From the IMG/VR virus record IMGVR_UViG_3300045855_000047, positions 1 to 58,548 of that record: a stretch of 58,548 nt of DNA. One strand, written 5' to 3'. Position numbers and translations under genes: made by a program. Position 1 is the first letter of the stretch. Every line of letters starts with the position of its first letter. The stretch comes from a virus (taxonomy: Duplodnaviria; Caudoviricetes). A model generated the notes under the pieces. That model saw nothing but the letters and a program-made list of their open reading frames with translations, made no database searches and was not told the DNA's origin. Shown one piece after another: positions 46,007-53,857 of the stretch.

Positions 46007-46357
46007 ATGAAAATTGAAACATCAACCCCGCTTCGCCGTGATGGAACGGTCATTGTTTCCGGCCTGGATGGCATGCGCTACGTGTTCAAGCCAGAGGAAG
46101 AGACTGGCATGGTGGTATGCGACATTGAGCACCAGGAAACCCTGGCGTATCTGCTGCGCATTGGGACTTTCTTTCCCGCCAATGTCTCAGACCATGAAAC
46201 GGCTGCATCCCTGATCGACTTGCTACCCGATAGCGAAGGCCAGGATGATGACCAGGACGATGATGGCGACGAGGACGAGGACATTGACCCCAATGCTCAA
46301 CCCCTGGAAGCCGGCACGCCGCCTGCACCGCGCAAGAAAAAGGCCAAGGCCGAATAA
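46007..46357 (+). CDS. Hypothetical head-associated protein
   Basis: GGAG RBS, acidic tract, basic tail. Confidence 0.7.
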   Translation: MKIETSTPLRRDGTVIVSGLDGMRYVFKPEEETGMVVCDIEHQETLAYLLRIGTFFPANVSDHETAASLIDLLPDSEGQDDDQDDDGDEDEDIDPNAQPLEAGTPPAPRKKKAKAE

Positions 46358-46376
46358 CTAGCCGGGACATATCAAC

Positions 46377-47015
46377 ATGAAAGCCTGGTCCAACTGGTTC
46401 ACCGACTTGCTGCCCCAGTTACCGGGCTGTCCTGACCCGCAGATTGAGCACGAGCTCCTGCGTGCGTCTCAGGAATTCTTTGCGCGCTCCCGCGCCTGGC
46501 AGGTAATTCAGGCCGCAGTGCCCATTACTGCAAACCAGACCACGCTGGACATTATACCCACCGATGCCGGCCAGGAACTGGTGCGCGTTGAAGGCGCCTG
46601 GCTCGATGGCACGCGCTTAAAGGTCTACGGCGTTGGCGATATGGATCACGCCTTCACCGATGACTGGCAGACCCATACCGGCGCCACTTCGACGCTGGTG
46701 CAGATCACACCCGGCACGGTCCTGATGTACCCCATCCCTATTGCGGCCTCCTCCACCGGCCTGAAACTGCGTCTGTCGGTTAAGCCCAGTGAAACTGCGA
46801 CCGGCCTACCCGATGACCAGTTCGTCAAGTACCGCGACCCGCTTGCCGCTGGCGCCCGGGCTCGCCTGATGCTGCAGGACGGCAAGAAGTGGTCAAACCC
46901 CAATCTGGGCGCCCTCAATGCTGCCGTGTTCGATGCAGCTGTCAATGCTGCCGGCATCGCTGCAGCGCGCTCGTTCAGCACCGGCCGCATTGCTGCGCGC
47001 CCCAAGTTCGCCTAA
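46377..47015 (+). CDS. Head-tail adaptor-like virion protein
   Basis: LPQLPGCPDPQIEHELLRASQEFFARSRAW...GARARLM...WSNP; position after head genes. Confidence 0.7.
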   Translation: MKAWSNWFTDLLPQLPGCPDPQIEHELLRASQEFFARSRAWQVIQAAVPITANQTTLDIIPTDAGQELVRVEGAWLDGTRLKVYGVGDMDHAFTDDWQTHTGATSTLVQITPGTVLMYPIPIAASSTGLKLRLSVKPSETATGLPDDQFVKYRDPLAAGARARLMLQDGKKWSNPNLGALNAAVFDAAVNAAGIAAARSFSTGRIAARPKFA

Positions 47016-47018
47016 GCC

Positions 47019-47681
47019 ATGACCACCACCGCCCAATACCTGGTCAAAGAGTGTCAGACCGCATTGATGGATCTGGCCGGCGTGCGCTGGCCTGCTTCCG
47101 ACCTGGTGACCTACCTTAACGATGGCCAGCGTGATCTGATCCTGGCCAGGCCCGATGCCAATGCTGTTACCGCCTCGTTTGTTCCGGTAGCCGGCGCCCG
47201 CCAGGCGCTGCCATCCGCATCCATGAGCCTGATCGACATCCCACGCAACACTGCGGGCAATAAGCGGTCCATTCGCAAGATCGCTGTTGAGGATCTGGAT
47301 GCAGTCAATCGGGACTGGCGCTCGATGACTGGCGTTACTGAGATTGCCCACTTCGCGTATGACGCGCGTGAGCCCAACATTTTCGACATCTACCCGCCCG
47401 CTGCAGCCTCTGGTGCCTCAATCGAGGTGACCTATGGCAGCTACCCCACGGACGTGTCAGTGCCCAGTGGCGACGGCAAGGCATACACCACCGTGGCCGG
47501 GAATATCTCGGTCAACGACCAATGGGCGACTGCTCTCTACAACTACATGATGGCGCGCGCCTATGCCAAGGATGCGGAGTACGGCGGCAACGTCACTCTT
47601 GCCACAGCCTATATGAGCGCCTTCACCGGCTTGATCGGCGTGCAACTGCAGTCCTCGCAGGGCATTGCACCAAAGAACTAA
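47019..47681 (+). CDS. Head-tail adaptor-like virion protein (DUF6682-like)
   Basis: DLAGVRWPASDLVTYLNDGQR...FDIYPP...ALYNYMMARAYAKDAEY. Confidence 0.72.
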   Translation: MTTTAQYLVKECQTALMDLAGVRWPASDLVTYLNDGQRDLILARPDANAVTASFVPVAGARQALPSASMSLIDIPRNTAGNKRSIRKIAVEDLDAVNRDWRSMTGVTEIAHFAYDAREPNIFDIYPPAAASGASIEVTYGSYPTDVSVPSGDGKAYTTVAGNISVNDQWATALYNYMMARAYAKDAEYGGNVTLATAYMSAFTGLIGVQLQSSQGIAPKN

Positions 47682-47690
47682 GGAACTACT

Positions 47691-48686
47691 ATGAGCGGCT
47701 GGTATCGCACCGGGACAATTTCCCTCACAAACGGATCTGCAATCGTTATCGGATCCGGTACCGACTTCATCGCTGGATCTGCTGCAGGCGAGGGCCTGAT
47801 GGCGCCTGATGGCAAGACCTACGAGATTGCCGCTGTCAACTCGTCAACGCAATTGACGCTTGGATCTGTGTACCTGGGCTCTACGGCTTCCGCCCAGGCC
47901 TATGCCATCATCCCGAGCCAGAGCTACCTGCGCGACCTTGCCGCCCAGGCTGCGGCTCTGGTGGCTGGTTACCAGACTGTCAGGGATACGCTGGGCTCTG
48001 GCATCTTCCCGGACGGCACCCTGGCTGCTACATCCCTGCAGTTCACGGCTGACCCGAACACTGGCTTACGCCATCCTGCAGCCGATACGGTGGCTGTCGT
48101 CACCGGCGGCGCAGATCGCATTACGGTGAGTACGACCTCGATTGCCACAACCCTGCCAATCACGGTTTCTGGTGTGGCCGTGCCAACGGTCAGCAGCGTC
48201 GACACGCTGACCAACAAGATTCTGACAGCACCGGTGATCAATGGGGGCTCCGGTTCATTGACGGCGGTTTCCCTGAATGGCTTTGACCAGGGGCAGTCCA
48301 ATGCGCAATTGGCCTATGCCATCGACTATGCGATGGATCAGGCGGCACAAGCCAATAAGCGCGTGTCCGATGCGACTACCTTTCAGACGCAGCGCGGCAC
48401 AGCCAGCTTTACCCAGTCGGCCAGCACCGCCATTGTGCGCACCTACGCAACGGCAACAGTCAGCCTGCCCAAGGCCTACAAAAACACCGACTACCAAGTG
48501 GTTGTTGATGTGGAGTCCGCATCGCCCGGGCTTGGGTTTGAAGGCCAGATCACCGTGCAAAGCCGCTCGGTCAACAGTTTCGTGTTGCAAATGTCTGGCT
48601 CTGCAACAGCCTGCACCGTGCGCTGGAAAGCCATGCACCCCAACGCTGAAAACCGCGTCCAAGCCGTATTGCCAACTGCCCAATAG
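47691..48686 (+). CDS. Tail fiber protein
   Basis: WYRTGTISLTNGSAIVIGSGTDF N-terminus, FTADPNTGL knob, H-lectin-like C-terminus. Confidence 0.8.
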   Translation: MSGWYRTGTISLTNGSAIVIGSGTDFIAGSAAGEGLMAPDGKTYEIAAVNSSTQLTLGSVYLGSTASAQAYAIIPSQSYLRDLAAQAAALVAGYQTVRDTLGSGIFPDGTLAATSLQFTADPNTGLRHPAADTVAVVTGGADRITVSTTSIATTLPITVSGVAVPTVSSVDTLTNKILTAPVINGGSGSLTAVSLNGFDQGQSNAQLAYAIDYAMDQAAQANKRVSDATTFQTQRGTASFTQSASTAIVRTYATATVSLPKAYKNTDYQVVVDVESASPGLGFEGQITVQSRSVNSFVLQMSGSATACTVRWKAMHPNAENRVQAVLPTAQ

Positions 48687-48694
48687 GAAACCCC

Positions 48695-48970
48695 ATGAAC
48701 ATCGTTGCCCCACAAGATCAGCCCTGCGCCTCGACTTCCGAGTCTGGAAGCTACGTCACCATCACTTGGAACGGCCACAGCATCACTGTACCAACTCTTG
48801 CCCGTCCCGGAAATTACACCGAAGTCATCTATCTGGCTGACGATGGCGCACTGACATTTATGCCAGGAACTGTACCGACCGCCGTTGCGACATTGGCATG
48901 TCATGCGGGCGCCGTCACGCTCACGCTTTTACCCATGACTCCAGTCATCACCCCAACACAACCCATCTAA
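48695..48970 (+). CDS. Small tail-associated protein
   Basis: AGGA RBS, 91 aa between the fiber and the DGR target. Confidence 0.6.
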   Translation: MNIVAPQDQPCASTSESGSYVTITWNGHSITVPTLARPGNYTEVIYLADDGALTFMPGTVPTAVATLACHAGAVTLTLLPMTPVITPTQPI

Positions 48971-48979
48971 GGACTGACC

Positions 48980-50089
48980 ATGCCGTTAACCATTTCCGTT
49001 CCTGACTCCCTGCGTGCAGCCGTTGAATCTGCCAGCGGCGGTCGCCAGACTGTGCTTTACACCGCGTTGGGTCAACCCACGTTCATGAACATCATCCCGC
49101 AGTTCACTGGTGCTCAGGTAGGCATCGCGGGCTACACAGATCCACACCCCATGTTCTACGGGCAGGACGGCACAGCCAAGAGCGCCTACTACTTCGGCAC
49201 CTACCCCGGTGTCGTCAAGAACGGTGAGCTGCTCAGTTTGCCGGGACAAGACCCAGCGGCCTCACTGAACCATGATCAGTTTGTAGCCTATGCCCGCGCA
49301 TGCGGTACGGGTCACCATGTGGTGACGGACCAAGCCTATGCAGGCATTGCACTCTGGTGCCGAGCCAACAGCTTCCAGCCACGTGGTAACAGCAACTGGG
49401 GTGCCGCCTACGATGCAGCATGGGAAACCGGTGTGCGCGGGGATGGCGTTGTGCCTGGCACGGCTTCTGGAACTGGCCGCACACAAACCGGCTCCGGCCC
49501 TGCCTCATGGCGTCACGATAATTCCAATTCTGGTATTTCTGACCTTTGCGGGAATGTCTGGGAGTGGTCGCCCGGTATGCGTATCAATGCCGGTGAAATC
49601 CAAGTGCTGCGCAATGACGCAGCGACCACTATCCCGAAGAATGACGCCATTCTCAATGCCATTGATATGAGCGCAGGCTCTGCCAAGTGGTGGGCCATCG
49701 ACGGAACTGCGGCCACGACGAGTTGCTTTGTCGCTCCGGGCAGTGCCAATACCGTCAAATATGCAACCAGCGGTACCGCTGCGCAAACCTTAGTGCTGGG
49801 CTCAGGCGCTGCATTTGAAGGAATGTCTAGCTTTGTGACCGGCGCGGGCGCATTGTTGGTGCTCAAGGCATTGGGCTTGATGCCAGTAGCATCCCTTTTG
49901 GGTGGGACTATCGCCACTCCTGCGGCCAACAGTGATGCTTTTTACATCACTCTCACCGGTGAAACACTGCCGTTTCGTGGCGGCTATTGGGGCAGCGCGG
50001 CGGCTGCTGGCGTGTTCACGCTCGTTTGCGACGTTGCGCGCACGGTTGCGAACGCCGGCGTTGGTGCTCGGCCCGCCTTCGTTTCTTGA
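48980..50089 (+). CDS. DGR target protein, Mtd-like with FGE-type C-type lectin fold
   Basis: GISDLCGNVWEW, FRGGYW...VGARPA. The 3' end is the variable repeat. Confidence 0.92.
   Translation: MPLTISVPDSLRAAVESASGGRQTVLYTALGQPTFMNIIPQFTGAQVGIAGYTDPHPMFYGQDGTAKSAYYFGTYPGVVKNGELLSLPGQDPAASLNHDQFVAYARACGTGHHVVTDQAYAGIALWCRANSFQPRGNSNWGAAYDAAWETGVRGDGVVPGTASGTGRTQTGSGPASWRHDNSNSGISDLCGNVWEWSPGMRINAGEIQVLRNDAATTIPKNDAILNAIDMSAGSAKWWAIDGTAATTSCFVAPGSANTVKYATSGTAAQTLVLGSGAAFEGMSSFVTGAGALLVLKALGLMPVASLLGGTIATPAANSDAFYITLTGETLPFRGGYWGSAAAAGVFTLVCDVARTVANAGVGARPAFVS
49965..50075 (+). repeat. DGR variable repeat (VR)
   Basis: 111-bp ungapped match to 50550-50660 with 20 mismatches, all at TR adenines. 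Confidence 0.96.
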
Positions 50090-50106
50090 TGGCCTGAGCG
50101 ATAGCG

Positions 50107-50538
50107 ATGGGCACCCATGACGAAGCAAAACTTGATGTGAAGTTCATCGACTTCGCAAAGCAAATGAATTTGTATCTCAACCACTTTCCCAAGCATGAGA
50201 AGTTTGGCCTGAGTCAGCAGATTCGTAATGCTGCGTATGAGGTCTACGGCTTCATCGTGGAGAGCCAAAAGCGATATATGAAGAAAACCAGTTTGACCAG
50301 TTTGGATATTGCGCATGAGCAACTGCGCATGTTCATCCGACTGGCCTATGAGTTGGGCTACTTCAAATTCAAAGATGGCGCCGTGGTCACGGGACGTGAC
50401 CATGAAAAGACTGCCACTCACCGGTACCTCGTCATCAGTCGCATGGTTGATGAAATGGGGCGAATGATTGGCGGGTGGATTCAGTCAGAGCGCGCCAAAC
50501 AGAATCCCGATGGCGGGAAAACAAGGGAAGCGTCTTGA
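50107..50538 (+). CDS. avd: DGR accessory variability determinant
   Basis: FPKHEKFGLSQQIRN...LDIAHEQLRMFIRLA...VDEMGRMIGGW four-helix-bundle motif, between VR and TR. Confidence 0.93.
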   Translation: MGTHDEAKLDVKFIDFAKQMNLYLNHFPKHEKFGLSQQIRNAAYEVYGFIVESQKRYMKKTSLTSLDIAHEQLRMFIRLAYELGYFKFKDGAVVTGRDHEKTATHRYLVISRMVDEMGRMIGGWIQSERAKQNPDGGKTREAS

Positions 50539-50549
50539 TATGTTAAAGG

Positions 50550-50660
50550 CACTGCCGATTCGTAGCGGCAATTGGAACAACGCAGCGACTGCTGGCGTGT
50601 TCACGCTCAATTGCAACAATGCGCGCACGAATGCGAACAACAACATTGGTGCTCGGCCCG
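50550..50660 (+). ncRNA. DGR template repeat (TR)
   Basis: AAY-rich copy of VR (10 AAC/AAT codons) between avd and RT. Confidence 0.95.
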
Positions 50661-50802
50661 ACTCGATGCCTCGAACCTCGCAAGGGGATTGTGGACTCAA
50701 GGGAGGCGCTTTCCTGCATTTGGCTAAAGCCTCTGCGAAATCTGCTGGACGCCCCCTTACCAGTAGGCACCATGTTGTGCTCGAACGTCTGGGGGCCATC
50801 CT

Positions 50803-51804
50803 ATGAAGCGCGTGGGCTATCTTTTCGAGCAGGCATTCACCCCGGATGCTCTGCACCAGGCATGGATTGATGCCTCTGCTGGCAAACGATCCAAGCGGGC
50901 CACACTGGCCTTTAGCCGCAACCTGTCGGCCAACCTGGATGCGCTGCACACGGCCTTGCATAACGGCACGTATCGACCCAAGCCCTACAAGGAGTTCAAG
51001 GTTTATGAACCCAAAGAGCGCATCATCTTCGCGCCCGCCTTTTGTGATCTGGTAGTGCAGCATGCCGTCTACCGGCTGATCTACCCCATCTTCAATCGCA
51101 CGTTCATTGACCAGAGCTTTGCCTGTCGCAAGGGCAAGGGTACGCACGCGGCGGCTGACTATGCGCAAGCAGCACTGCGCAGCAGCGCACCGGACAGCTA
51201 CATCTTGCAACTCGACATCAAGCGGTTTTTCTACAGCATCGATCGCGCGGTGTTGCGCAAGCAGATCGAGCGCCAGATCAAGGATGTGCGATTCGTGAAT
51301 GTGATGATGCAGTTTGCGGACTACGGGCACCCGGTGGGTATCCCGATTGGGAACCTGCTCAGTCAGACTTATGCGCTGATTTACATGAACCCACTGGATC
51401 ACTTCATCAAGCGCGACCTGGGCGCCAAGCGGTATTGCCGCTACGTGGACGACTTTGTGATTTTCGGCTGGAGCCGTGAACGGTGCCTTGATGCACTGGA
51501 GAAGATCAAGGATTTCATTTCCAAGCGCCTGGGCCTCACCCTGTCACGTTTTAGCCTGCACAAGGTCAAGCGTGGCCTGAACTTTGTTGGTTACCGCACA
51601 TGGCAGAGCACCCGGTTTGTGCGCAAGCACAGCTTGTTTGCCTTTACCAGATCGGTAAACGAGGACTCGCTTGAATCAAGTGTTTCGTCCCTTGGGCATG
51701 CCAGGTACACAGCCAGCCTGCGTCACATGCTGCAAACCATACGCCGCATCAATCCGGCCATGTTTCTGAGACTTCCGATTGCTTACAAAGGAGCATTTGC
51801 ATGA
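50803..51804 (+). CDS. DGR reverse transcriptase
   Basis: EPKERII, DLVVQHA, QLDIKRFFYSID, GIPIGNLLSQ, RYVDDF, FVGY; 333 aa with no maturase or endonuclease domain. Confidence 0.96.
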   Translation: MKRVGYLFEQAFTPDALHQAWIDASAGKRSKRATLAFSRNLSANLDALHTALHNGTYRPKPYKEFKVYEPKERIIFAPAFCDLVVQHAVYRLIYPIFNRTFIDQSFACRKGKGTHAAADYAQAALRSSAPDSYILQLDIKRFFYSIDRAVLRKQIERQIKDVRFVNVMMQFADYGHPVGIPIGNLLSQTYALIYMNPLDHFIKRDLGAKRYCRYVDDFVIFGWSRERCLDALEKIKDFISKRLGLTLSRFSLHKVKRGLNFVGYRTWQSTRFVRKHSLFAFTRSVNEDSLESSVSSLGHARYTASLRHMLQTIRRINPAMFLRLPIAYKGAFA

Positions 51805-52217
51805 CTGACGAGCCCATGGGTGACTACCCCTCGCAATCCACGGTGTGGCGCTCCATCCTTGTCTACCTCGCAGTCTGCCTTCTTGGTTTGATGCTGGCAG
51901 CAGCCAATGCCTTTGCCGCTCCGACGCTGGAGGAGGCGGGGGAAGTTGTGACCTCGCCTGAAACCTTTGGCGTCTGCAAGGCCGCTGATGTAGCCAGCAC
52001 GGTTTACCTGCTTGAGCATGGCTGGGCGGTGGAGGGAAACCCAATCGTTGCTTGGTCGATGCACATCGGCGGCTACATGCCATTGGTGTTTGTCTCTGCC
52101 GGCCTGTACTGGGCCTTCAGCCATTTCAAAGACGAACCCGGAATGCCACTAGCTACCGGCGCTGCAAACGTAGTTACCTGCGGTGTCGCTGCTCACAACT
52201 TGCTTTTGATCCCCTAA
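51801..52217 (+). CDS. Membrane protein (DUF5658-like)
   Basis: Hydrophobic helices, D-x3-T...G...EGNP motif, ATGA overlap with the RT stop. Confidence 0.6.
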   Translation: MTDEPMGDYPSQSTVWRSILVYLAVCLLGLMLAAANAFAAPTLEEAGEVVTSPETFGVCKAADVASTVYLLEHGWAVEGNPIVAWSMHIGGYMPLVFVSAGLYWAFSHFKDEPGMPLATGAANVVTCGVAAHNLLLIP

Positions 52218-52218
52218 T

Positions 52219-52232
52219 AACCGATATAGGTT
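52219..52232. promoter_or_regulatory. Operator copy AACCGATATAGGTT
   Basis: 13/14 match to the OR palindrome with the same AAT flank, covering the RBS region of the next gene. Confidence 0.7.
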
Positions 52233-52237
52233 AAACG

Positions 52238-53857
52238 ATGGCCCTTTTGAAATTATTTGGTTTCCATGGTGAGAACAGGGCCCTTCACCCAAGCCTGCTT
52301 CCTGAAACTGTGGGTACCAGTTCACTGAACCAAAAGCCTGGCTATGGTGACCTGCGGCCATGGAAAGCCCCGGCCAATGTCGGCGTGTCGGTGGCATCTG
52401 GTACCAAGACGCTGTACCGCATGAATCGCACGGTGCCCAGTGATACCAACTACTGGTTGCGCTGGTCGACGGTCGTGCATGCGGTGGTAGGCCCCAACTC
52501 CGGCGATACGGACGAGCGCACTTACTACACCGGATCCGGCACACCCAAGTGGACGGACCTGACCAAGGCCATCGCCGGCGCCTCCTACCCCAATTCATAC
52601 CGTGAGCTCGGCGTGCCCGCGCCTGTGAGCGCCTGCATTGCGACCCAGGTGCCGCAGACCGTGGCTGGTGAGCGCACCAATGAAACAGTGCTCTACGTCT
52701 ACACCTATGTGACGGATGCAGGGGAAGAGAGCGCACCGTCGCCAGTGTCCACATCTCTTGTGATCCAGAATGGCGACCATGTGACCATCAGCAGCCTGGC
52801 CACGGCGCCAAGCGGGGCCTATGGGATCAACCGCATTCGGGTCTACCGCACCAAGACCGGCACGGCCAGCACCGAGTTCTTCTTCATGGCTGAGGTGGCC
52901 AGTACCCTGACCACAGCCAGCGACATCGGCCAGACCCTGGGCGAAGTGCTGCCGACTGCGACCTGGCTAGTACCACCGGCCAACCTATCCCACCTCACGC
53001 CCATGTGGAACGGAATGATGGCGGCAATCTCTGGCAAGTCCGTGCGGGTATGTGAGGCCTATGTGCCATACGCATGGCCGATTGCCTATGAGATTCTGCC
53101 CAGCGACACCAATCCGGTATCTCTGGCGACCTTTGGCCAAAATTTGGTTATCGCCACCAATGGACGGCCCATCCTGGTAACCGGTGGATCCCCTGATGCC
53201 CTGGACGAGCAGCCCATTGAATACATGCAGGCCTGCGTATCTGATCAATCCATGGTGGGTATGGGTGCTGGTGTGGCATGGGCCTCGCCGGATGGCCTGG
53301 CCTACGTGGGAGGCGGCGGTGCGCGGCTGCTGACTGATGGAATGATGACCCGGGTTGAGTGGCAGGCGCTCAAGCCTGAAACGATCAAGGGTGTGATGTA
53401 CGAGGGGCGCTACTTCGGCACCTATACCGTAGGAGGAGTTACCAAGATGTTCGTGCTGGATCCGGGTAACACCACCGGCATGTACTTCCTGGACTTTGGC
53501 GTGGATGCGCTGTGCGTGGATCTGCTGCAGGATGCCATGTACGTGCTGTCTGGCACCGACATCCAGAAATGGGACTCAGGATCTGCGCTGACTGTCACGT
53601 TCAAGTCGAAGCTGCATGTGATGCCCAGGCCGGTGCAGGGCTTTGGCGCTGCGCAGGTTCGTGCGGATGCCTACCCTGTGACCTTCAAGCTCTATGCTGA
53701 TGGTGTGCTGGTGCATACCCAGACTGTGGCCAGTAACGACCCGTTCAGACTTCCGGGTGGATATTGGGCTCGTGAGTTTCAGGTTGAGCTCAGCGGCACA
53801 TCACCCATGCAATCGGGTTTTGTAGCCCACAGCATTCGGGAGCTTGCACAAATATGA
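52238..53857 (+). CDS. Podovirus tail nozzle/tail tubular protein
   Basis: 539-aa beta-propeller-like sequence; YVYTYVTDAGEESAPSP, EAYVPYAWP, WASPDGL. Confidence 0.75.
   Translation: MALLKLFGFHGENRALHPSLLPETVGTSSLNQKPGYGDLRPWKAPANVGVSVASGTKTLYRMNRTVPSDTNYWLRWSTVVHAVVGPNSGDTDERTYYTGSGTPKWTDLTKAIAGASYPNSYRELGVPAPVSACIATQVPQTVAGERTNETVLYVYTYVTDAGEESAPSPVSTSLVIQNGDHVTISSLATAPSGAYGINRIRVYRTKTGTASTEFFFMAEVASTLTTASDIGQTLGEVLPTATWLVPPANLSHLTPMWNGMMAAISGKSVRVCEAYVPYAWPIAYEILPSDTNPVSLATFGQNLVIATNGRPILVTGGSPDALDEQPIEYMQACVSDQSMVGMGAGVAWASPDGLAYVGGGGARLLTDGMMTRVEWQALKPETIKGVMYEGRYFGTYTVGGVTKMFVLDPGNTTGMYFLDFGVDALCVDLLQDAMYVLSGTDIQKWDSGSALTVTFKSKLHVMPRPVQGFGAAQVRADAYPVTFKLYADGVLVHTQTVASNDPFRLPGGYWAREFQVELSGTSPMQSGFVAHSIRELAQI

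Larger units (their letters stand above)
48980..51804 (+). mobile_element. Diversity-generating retroelement: target(VR)-avd-TR-RT
   Basis: All four components present in BPP-1 order, with adenine-specific VR/TR divergence. Confidence 0.96.

Noticed and set aside
38911-46074. Long minus-strand ORFs 38911-40353, 42842-43945 and 44221-46074
   Set aside because: Antisense to clearly identified lysis, scaffold and capsid genes, with unnatural composition.
50803-51804. Group II intron, retron or defence RT
   Set aside because: Size, GNLLSQ motif, adjacent avd and the TR/VR pair all specify a DGR.
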